From Candidatus Hermodarchaeota archaeon (GTDB lineage: Archaea; Asgardarchaeota; Hermodarchaeia; Hermodarchaeales; Hermodarchaeaceae): DNA of 21,720 nucleotides. The stretch spans positions 1 through 21,720 of the forward strand of contig JAEOTB010000020.1 in the NCBI GenBank assembly GCA_016840065.1, in the 5' to 3' direction. Under the pieces are notes generated by a model that saw only the letters and a list, made by a program, of their open reading frames with translations, did not search any database and was not told the DNA's origin. Made by a program: the position numbers and the translations under genes. Numbering within the stretch: the first letter of the stretch is position 1; every line of letters begins with the position of its first letter. Shown piece after piece: positions 15,940 to 21,720 of the stretch.

Positions 15940-16575
15940 TTGGTGGATGCTGATATGGTTAATGAAGACTCAGTCAAACAGCTTGTCAAGTATCTTGACC
16001 AGCTGGCAGTTTCTCATCTTGAGAGAGTTTATGGAAAAGTACATGGAGCTGAGACCATTAAACGCTTTCAGGAGCAGTTTGCTAAGCGGTCAGAAGATGT
16101 CTTGGCAAGACCAGTTGATCCCCTTTGGAAACACCACGCCGTCAATCCCTGTTTGGTGATTGCCCTAGGGGAGGTCCAAGAAACCTCTGTTTCTTCCTTG
16201 ACAGAACAAGTGGTTGATATTTACAGGGTCCTGCTTCAACCTTCTAATGATAGGTTTCACCGGTGGATTGTCGACAGTACCGACCCTTGGGCTAGCATTG
16301 TCGAGGATATAAAGGCGGGAAACAAGCAGTACTATGACAATGAGTATTTTGACCTGAAAGTTGTGTTTGATTCTGAGAAGGTCTTTGGCTTTGACCTTCG
16401 TCGATGCCTCTACTGTGACTTTTTCAGGGAGTGGGGTCATCCTGAGCTAGCTCCCGTCCTCTGCAAGTATGACAACCTTTTCGCCGAAGCTATGGAGAAG
16501 TGGGTAAGCTTTGAGCGTACCAGCACAATAGCTGATGGCGCTGACCTATGTGACTTTCGATTCCATAGAAAATAA
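15940..16575 (+). CDS. L-2-amino-thiazoline-4-carboxylate hydrolase-like (ATC_hydrolase) family protein
   Basis: 'RCLY...PELAPVLCKYD...RTSTIADGADLCDFRF' three-Cys signature; start may be ATG 15955. Confidence 0.8.
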   Translation: MVDADMVNEDSVKQLVKYLDQLAVSHLERVYGKVHGAETIKRFQEQFAKRSEDVLARPVDPLWKHHAVNPCLVIALGEVQETSVSSLTEQVVDIYRVLLQPSNDRFHRWIVDSTDPWASIVEDIKAGNKQYYDNEYFDLKVVFDSEKVFGFDLRRCLYCDFFREWGHPELAPVLCKYDNLFAEAMEKWVSFERTSTIADGADLCDFRFHRK

Positions 16576-16629
16576 CCGTCTTGGTGAGCAGAGCCAAACA
16601 CCTAAATTCAAGTACGTTGCGGTAATGGT

Positions 16630-16869
16630 ATGCAACCCCTTCCTTTGGAATTTCTCCTCATCATCGCTGCAGTCATTCTCGTTCTAGTAATAGTCATAAT
16701 AGTGCTCATCTACTTGCTTCGACGAAGACGGAGAGCTGCCGTTGTTACGAGAAGGCGAAGGTCCCGAAGAACGATTCCATCGCCAGCACATCGTGTTCAG
16801 TGTCAGAAGTGCTTCTCTGTTACCGACTCCAGAGTAAAGCACTGCTCCGTTTGTGGTGCTGAATTATAA
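16630..16869 (+). CDS. Small membrane protein: TM helix, poly-Arg, C-terminal zinc ribbon
   Basis: ~24-aa hydrophobic stretch, RRRRR, CQKC...CSVC; resembles the tail of the next gene. Confidence 0.75.
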   Translation: MQPLPLEFLLIIAAVILVLVIVIIVLIYLLRRRRRAAVVTRRRRSRRTIPSPAHRVQCQKCFSVTDSRVKHCSVCGAEL

Positions 16870-16881
16870 TCTTAACCTGAA

Positions 16882-16921
16882 GGGATCCGTGTCTTAGCGC
16901 GGCTCCCCACTCCCCTTTTTT
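16882..16921 (+). terminator. 3' hairpin-CCCC-oligo(T) element
   Basis: GGGA-T-CCGTGT-CTTA-GCGCGG-C-TCCC, then CACTCCCCTTTTTT. Confidence 0.7.
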
Positions 16922-17086
16922 CCTTCAGGGCTAGTTCACAAGCCTTCTCCGAAAATCCCGTACCTAACTCACCTGCAAAGTCCCCTTCGAGAGATATAAA
17001 AAGCATGGTGCTACTCCTATACTCACATTTATCTGGGTGCATTCCTAGATTCCAATATCGACACTTAATTTGTGAGTGGAGATGTA

Positions 17087-19003
17087 ATGTCTGTGAAACC
17101 ATCACGTTTCCTCATTTCCCTTATCTGCGTTGTAGCCTTAATTCAGCCTGTTTTTTTGGGGCTTGCTCCTACACCCTCCTATTCGCTACAACAGACTCCT
17201 ATAACAAAAATTAACGAACGTCTTCCAGTTCTAGAACGAATGGAAGAACCACAATCACTTCCAGACACATCAACACCTGATGTGTCACTCTCTGCAGAAA
17301 TGCCTGCAGAGTTGGATACTCCGACAAGGCAGACCGATGACTGGACGGTCATGGTCTTTATCTGTGCTGATAACAATCTCGAAGAAGCAGGATTTGATGA
17401 TATCAATGCGATGGAGACCATTGGCTCAACAGCTGATGTTAACATAATTGTTGCAGTTGACTTTAGCGCATCATACTCAGGCGCCCCATTCACTGGAGGC
17501 AAAATCTACTATATCGATTATGATACAGGCGGTTCCATCGCTTCCACCGAGCTTTACAGCTGGCCCTCTGAGCCTAACTTTGGTGACCCCGCTACTCTAA
17601 TCTATTTCGTAAATTATGCGCAAACAAACTATCCTGCAAATAACTATGCCCTTGTCCTCTGGGATCACGGTGGAGGATGGGCTGGAGTTTGCTTCGACGA
17701 TAATCCCAGCGCTGGTATCAGTATGTCTGAGCTTTCCACAGCCCTTGGCGACGGCTCCCTCCTAGACATCGATCTATTAGCCTTTGACGCCTGCCTAATG
17801 GGACAAGCTGAAGTCGCTTATCAGGTACGTGACCATTGCGACTTTGCTGTCTTCTCTGAAGAAAACATTCCCTTTCAGGGCTTTCCTTATGAGTACTGGC
17901 TTGATGACCTCACCACCACACCTAGCATGAGCCCCGCAACCCTGGCAAGCACTATGGTGGATCGGTATTGTGAAGCCTACGACACTGGCGGAATCTATGC
18001 GAGCGTGGGCGCGGATCAAGTTTGCCTTTCTGCTGTGCAGACCTCCCAAATCAGTGGTGTTTCAGGGGCACTCAATACCTTTACTGACGCCCTGGACTCG
18101 ACATCAGTGGCACGAACCCATTACAGCTCATTGAGCTACGCTATCGGAAACACATACACTTTCGGATACCCCTTGTACATCGACTTGGGCATCTTTGCTT
18201 CACAGGCCGCTGCTTCAATCACCGACGCCACTATCGCGGGTTATGCTTCGAGTCTTGCTTCTGCAGTCACCACTGCCGTGAGTGCTGAAGAGCACCTCTC
18301 TGGAGCAGGGAGCCTGACTGGGCTTAGTATCGCTCTAGAAGATTATGGATCATCATCGATAGCGCTTGCAACTGACACAAGATACGACGAATTTCTTGAT
18401 ATCTTTTGCTCCATCGGAGCATCCAGTTCCTCCTGTCTCACGCCCGTAGCTGGTTACACCTATGGATTCCTGGATTGGCCTGGTGACTCGGTCTACTACA
18501 AGTTCGTTCCAGGAGCCAGTGGTTACTACTCCTTCAGCTTGAGCGCGATGCAGGACCTGAACGAGGATTATGACCTCTACCTTTATCGTGGAAGCACGGA
18601 AATCGACTCCTCAACTTCATATGATTCCACAGAAACAGTTTCAGGCACTCTCACTGGCGGCACCACCTATTATGTTGAAGTCTATTGCTATTCTCAATGT
18701 GGTGCCTTCCGTCTTAACATCCCTGCTGGCGGTACAGGCGGCACGACTGGAGGCGGAGGAACCCCACCAGGTATCCCCTTACTCCTAATCATTGCCCTCA
18801 TCGCCATCGTCGTTGTCATTGTCATAATCGTCGTCGTTGTGGTTGTCGTCCGGCGACGCCGCGCCAGAGACGTCTACGGTACAACTAGCACATCGTCTGT
18901 TAGAGCCGTTTCAAGTCCTACAGGAAGAGTACGCTGCCAACACTGCTTCTCCATCGTTCCATCTGATTCGACATTCTGCCCAATCTGCGGTAACAGAGTC
19001 TAA
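17087..19003 (+). CDS. Membrane-anchored clostripain-related (peptidase C11) cysteine protease with PPC-like domain, Gly-rich linker, TM helix and cytoplasmic zinc ribbon
   Basis: 'WTVMVFICADNNLE', 'NFGDPATL', catalytic 'WDHGGGW' and 'FDACLMG'; 'DYDLYLY...GTTYYVEV' PPC-like; tail CQHC...CPIC. Start probably MSVKPSR after GGAG. Confidence 0.9.
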   Translation: MSVKPSRFLISLICVVALIQPVFLGLAPTPSYSLQQTPITKINERLPVLERMEEPQSLPDTSTPDVSLSAEMPAELDTPTRQTDDWTVMVFICADNNLEEAGFDDINAMETIGSTADVNIIVAVDFSASYSGAPFTGGKIYYIDYDTGGSIASTELYSWPSEPNFGDPATLIYFVNYAQTNYPANNYALVLWDHGGGWAGVCFDDNPSAGISMSELSTALGDGSLLDIDLLAFDACLMGQAEVAYQVRDHCDFAVFSEENIPFQGFPYEYWLDDLTTTPSMSPATLASTMVDRYCEAYDTGGIYASVGADQVCLSAVQTSQISGVSGALNTFTDALDSTSVARTHYSSLSYAIGNTYTFGYPLYIDLGIFASQAAASITDATIAGYASSLASAVTTAVSAEEHLSGAGSLTGLSIALEDYGSSSIALATDTRYDEFLDIFCSIGASSSSCLTPVAGYTYGFLDWPGDSVYYKFVPGASGYYSFSLSAMQDLNEDYDLYLYRGSTEIDSSTSYDSTETVSGTLTGGTTYYVEVYCYSQCGAFRLNIPAGGTGGTTGGGGTPPGIPLLLIIALIAIVVVIVIIVVVVVVVRRRRARDVYGTTSTSSVRAVSSPTGRVRCQHCFSIVPSDSTFCPICGNRV

Positions 19004-19015
19004 ACTAGACACCAA

Positions 19016-19060
19016 GGGATCCGGGCTTTAATGCGCGGCTCCCTCCACCCCTCTTTTTTT
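19016..19060 (+). terminator. 3' hairpin-CCCC-oligo(T) element
   Basis: GGGA-T-CCG-G-GC-TTTAAT-GC-G-CGG-C-TCCC, then TCCACCCCTCTTTTTTT; homologous to 16882-16921. Confidence 0.7.
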
Positions 19061-19260
19061 AAATCTTAGATAGCCAAAAGGCATGGGACGTGAAGAAGAT
19101 TCCTAATGAATGGGACACAAGCGAGAAAACAAAATTCAAGCCAAAGCGACCCAGGTGTGTACACGAGATAAAGCCCAAAGCAAAAGACTGAACCTCGCCC
19201 TACTCGGATTTACCTTTGTTTATATAAGTTAGAAGATACAATCAATTGAGGGTTTATGCC

Positions 19261-20412
19261 ATGACATCTGCTAATCCTAGTAAGGATGATTCACGGTACC
19301 GTGTTGACACAATCCACGCTACCAGCCTTGAAGGTAATCCTCTAGGTTCACCTGTTGACCGTAACATAGCCATCTATCTACCGCCTAGCTACTTCGATGA
19401 GCCAAGTGAGCGATACCCCGTTGTCTATTTTCTGCATGGATACTCTGGAAACAATATGGGTTTTACCGTGTATCCAACAGTAGAAGAGAACCCGAATCTG
19501 CCTGTGATGCTCATCCCACCTGCAATCCTTGAGCAAATCGATGTTCCACGGCTACCATCCTATCAGCAGTTTGATGAACTTGTCGAGAAAGCCTATTTGC
19601 CGTCAATGATCTTCGTGCAACCCGACGGCAGCCTTCACCAGCCCAACGTGTTTGGTACAAAGTCGCCTACAGGAAAGGAAATGACCAAAGGCAGCTTCTA
19701 TGTTAATTCACCCAACACGGGTAACTACGAGGACTACATCCTTGAAGTAATCCAGTATATCGACGCGAACTATCGCACTGAAGCTAAACGGTCCCAGCGC
19801 ATCATAGCAGGCGGTTCTATGGGAGGATATGGTTCCCTTCGCCTAGGACTTCGACATCCTGAGCTTTTTCACAGCGCCATTGGACTAAGCCCAGCAGACC
19901 TCGACATTGGCCAACGAGCTCTTGGTCACAAGCTTCGCATACCAATCTACAACGCGCTTTTTGGCCCAGATGTGACTGCAAAGCATGGTGATAGCATCTG
20001 GGGCGACATCATGGACACCCTTGACCTTATCTGGTGCAAGGAAAGAACCTTACTAGCCTCCATTAAACGCGATGATGAAGGCAGAGTTGTATCCTTCAGT
20101 AAGGAGGCAGGAGAACACATCCGACAAGGCTGCTTAACACACATTCTAGAAAAGCTAGACACTAGTGACCCTCAAGGTTCAGGTCTACCATTCATTTACT
20201 TGAGCTGTGCCCAAGACGATGAGTTCGGCCTAGCCCCTGGCGCCGAGAAGCTCCACCAGTTACTCGACAAGTTGGGCATAATGCATAACTTTGACTTCTA
20301 CGATGACCCCAAAGCAAAACTCTCACCACATATCCTAGGAATCGCCTATCAAGTCATTCCATCACTCCAATATTGCCTTCTGCAGGCTGCCCATGAAGAA
20401 GCGGATGGATGA
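19261..20412 (+). CDS. Alpha/beta-hydrolase, putative esterase (Fes / S-formylglutathione hydrolase-like)
   Basis: 'IYLPPSY...RYPVVYFLHG', nucleophile 'GGSMGG', 'DDEFG' and a late His; TTTATATAA box ~35 nt upstream. Confidence 0.88.
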   Translation: MTSANPSKDDSRYRVDTIHATSLEGNPLGSPVDRNIAIYLPPSYFDEPSERYPVVYFLHGYSGNNMGFTVYPTVEENPNLPVMLIPPAILEQIDVPRLPSYQQFDELVEKAYLPSMIFVQPDGSLHQPNVFGTKSPTGKEMTKGSFYVNSPNTGNYEDYILEVIQYIDANYRTEAKRSQRIIAGGSMGGYGSLRLGLRHPELFHSAIGLSPADLDIGQRALGHKLRIPIYNALFGPDVTAKHGDSIWGDIMDTLDLIWCKERTLLASIKRDDEGRVVSFSKEAGEHIRQGCLTHILEKLDTSDPQGSGLPFIYLSCAQDDEFGLAPGAEKLHQLLDKLGIMHNFDFYDDPKAKLSPHILGIAYQVIPSLQYCLLQAAHEEADG

Positions 20413-20458
20413 AATGTACTAAGAGTCTATACCTGAACCAGAAATTTCAGGAACAACA

Positions 20459-21720
20459 CTATTGTTTCCTTCGTCGGCGGATTATCCACCAGACTAGTAA
20501 CACAACTACAACCCCTATGATGATACCTACAATAACAAACCAAACTAGCAGTTCTAATGTCGCAGCGGGTAATCCTAAACAATGTACAAGCCAGAGGTCT
20601 GGGTCATCCTCTCCCTCGAAGGAATAACCTGTCAATACTAGGCTACCATCAGCCAGTTCCACTAAGTCGCGTCCATAGTCGTTATCGACTCCCCCAAAGG
20701 CTTCGTGGCCTAGGAGAAAGCCGTTGCGGTCGGTGTAGACTAGCCATAGGTCCTCACCACCTGCACCAAAGTTCTCAGTGGATCCAATTAGTACGATACT
20801 ACCTGTACTGTGTTCGATAAGCGACCAGCCAGAATCGTGCCTTTCGCCTCCGTAAGTCTTATGCCATTGTAGTATGCCATCTTGGTTTATTCTAATGAGC
20901 CATAGATCTGAGTTCCCGGTGCTGTAGCTGTCAGTTGAGCCCACCACTAGGAAACCGTCGCTTGTCTCGATTATTCCTTTGCATAAATCATGCCCTGCCT
21001 CGCCAAAAGTTAGGTCCCAGAGCAGATGACCAGTCTCATTTGTGCGGAGTATGTAGGCGTCTTCCAATCCCCCTGTTGCCCCTCTCTCACCAGCGATGAT
21101 GAAGCCACCACTACGGCACTCTATGATGTCGTGTCCGTACTCATAGGTGGAGCCGCCGAACACTCGGTACCAGAGAAGGTTGCCATCCTGGTCTGTCCTA
21201 ACCAAGTAGATGTCATTATCACCTGAACTATAACTTGCTGAGTAACCAACTACTGCAAAGCCTCCATCGCTGCACTCAACAATCGAACGCCCAAAATCAC
21301 CAAGCACTCCTCCGAAGCTCCTGTTCCACATGGGAACTCCATTGCCGTCAACCCGAAGCAGCCAAAGGTCCCGGAAGCCAACAGAGTAAGTTGATGAGTA
21401 ACCAGTCAATGCATAGCCACCCGCGGCGCACTCGACGATGGAGTAGGTGTAATCAGATAGGAGTCCACCGATTGAGTGGTTCCACTGGAGTATACCATTC
21501 TCATCTGTTCTCACAAGGTAAGCATCGTGATTCCCTCCGGCTCCGTAGCTGTTCGAAGCCCCTGCAACCGTGAAGCCTCCTGCTTCAGCCTCTACCAGTG
21601 ACCAGCCATAATCTCTGCCAGCCCCACCAAAGGTGTAAGACCAGATAGGAGCCCCTGACTGTCCATGAACCGTGAGTGTAGAAGACTCTGTGACCGGAGT
21701 AACAATCAACAGACAGAAGA
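20459..21720 (-). CDS. C-terminally anchored beta-propeller surface protein (WxxTFGG repeats), N-terminus outside the window
   Basis: Seven ~50-aa repeats 'D-x-WL-x-RTDxxGxxxWxxTFGG'; TM helix followed by RRRRKQ; frame open to the window end. Confidence 0.82.
   Translation of the reverse strand, partial: FCLLIVTPVTESSTLTVHGQSGAPIWSYTFGGAGRDYGWSLVEAEAGGFTVAGASNSYGAGGNHDAYLVRTDENGILQWNHSIGGLLSDYTYSIVECAAGGYALTGYSSTYSVGFRDLWLLRVDGNGVPMWNRSFGGVLGDFGRSIVECSDGGFAVVGYSASYSSGDNDIYLVRTDQDGNLLWYRVFGGSTYEYGHDIIECRSGGFIIAGERGATGGLEDAYILRTNETGHLLWDLTFGEAGHDLCKGIIETSDGFLVVGSTDSYSTGNSDLWLIRINQDGILQWHKTYGGERHDSGWSLIEHSTGSIVLIGSTENFGAGGEDLWLVYTDRNGFLLGHEAFGGVDNDYGRDLVELADGSLVLTGYSFEGEDDPDLWLVHCLGLPAATLELLVWFVIVGIIIGVVVVLLVWWIIRRRRKQ

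Noticed and set aside
19090-19191. 33-aa basic ORF (VKKIPNEWDT...KAKD)
   Set aside because: Weak start context and no supporting motif.

Overview
Archaeal DNA, probably from an Asgard lineage. This is an inference from the TATA/BRE-like promoters, GGAGG/GGTGA ribosome-binding sites, a 24-aa 'LDLSPL' LRR protein, and several N-glycosylation-rich surface proteins with a C-terminal TM helix and basic tail. The window opens with a diverged ~2.73-kb tandem unit: 3' end of an oxidoreductase gene, promoter, LVIVD beta-propeller surface glycoprotein, and an identical 47-nt 3' element. The orphan gene-end copy differs mostly at synonymous sites, which suggests additive capture of a surface-protein cassette from a relative rather than duplication and decay. 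Next come an acetoacetate-decarboxylase-like gene lacking the Schiff-base Lys, a tnpB-only IS607-type element with recognisable ends, and a ~0.7-kb region of small ORFs and structured RNA beside a divergent promoter. A run of small redox, metal and regulatory genes follows (flavodoxin, TIGR04076, CopD-like, PadR, fRMsr GAF, phosphoesterase, methyltransferase, flavoredoxin, ATC-hydrolase family). The window ends with a membrane-anchored clostripain-like protease preceded by a stand-alone copy of its own anchor/Zn-ribbon tail, an esterase, and a partial anchored beta-propeller. A hairpin-CCCC-oligo(T) 3' element follows four of the five membrane-anchored protein genes. I saw no rRNA, tRNA or CRISPR array. 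All family calls come from motif recognition by eye; no database was searched.
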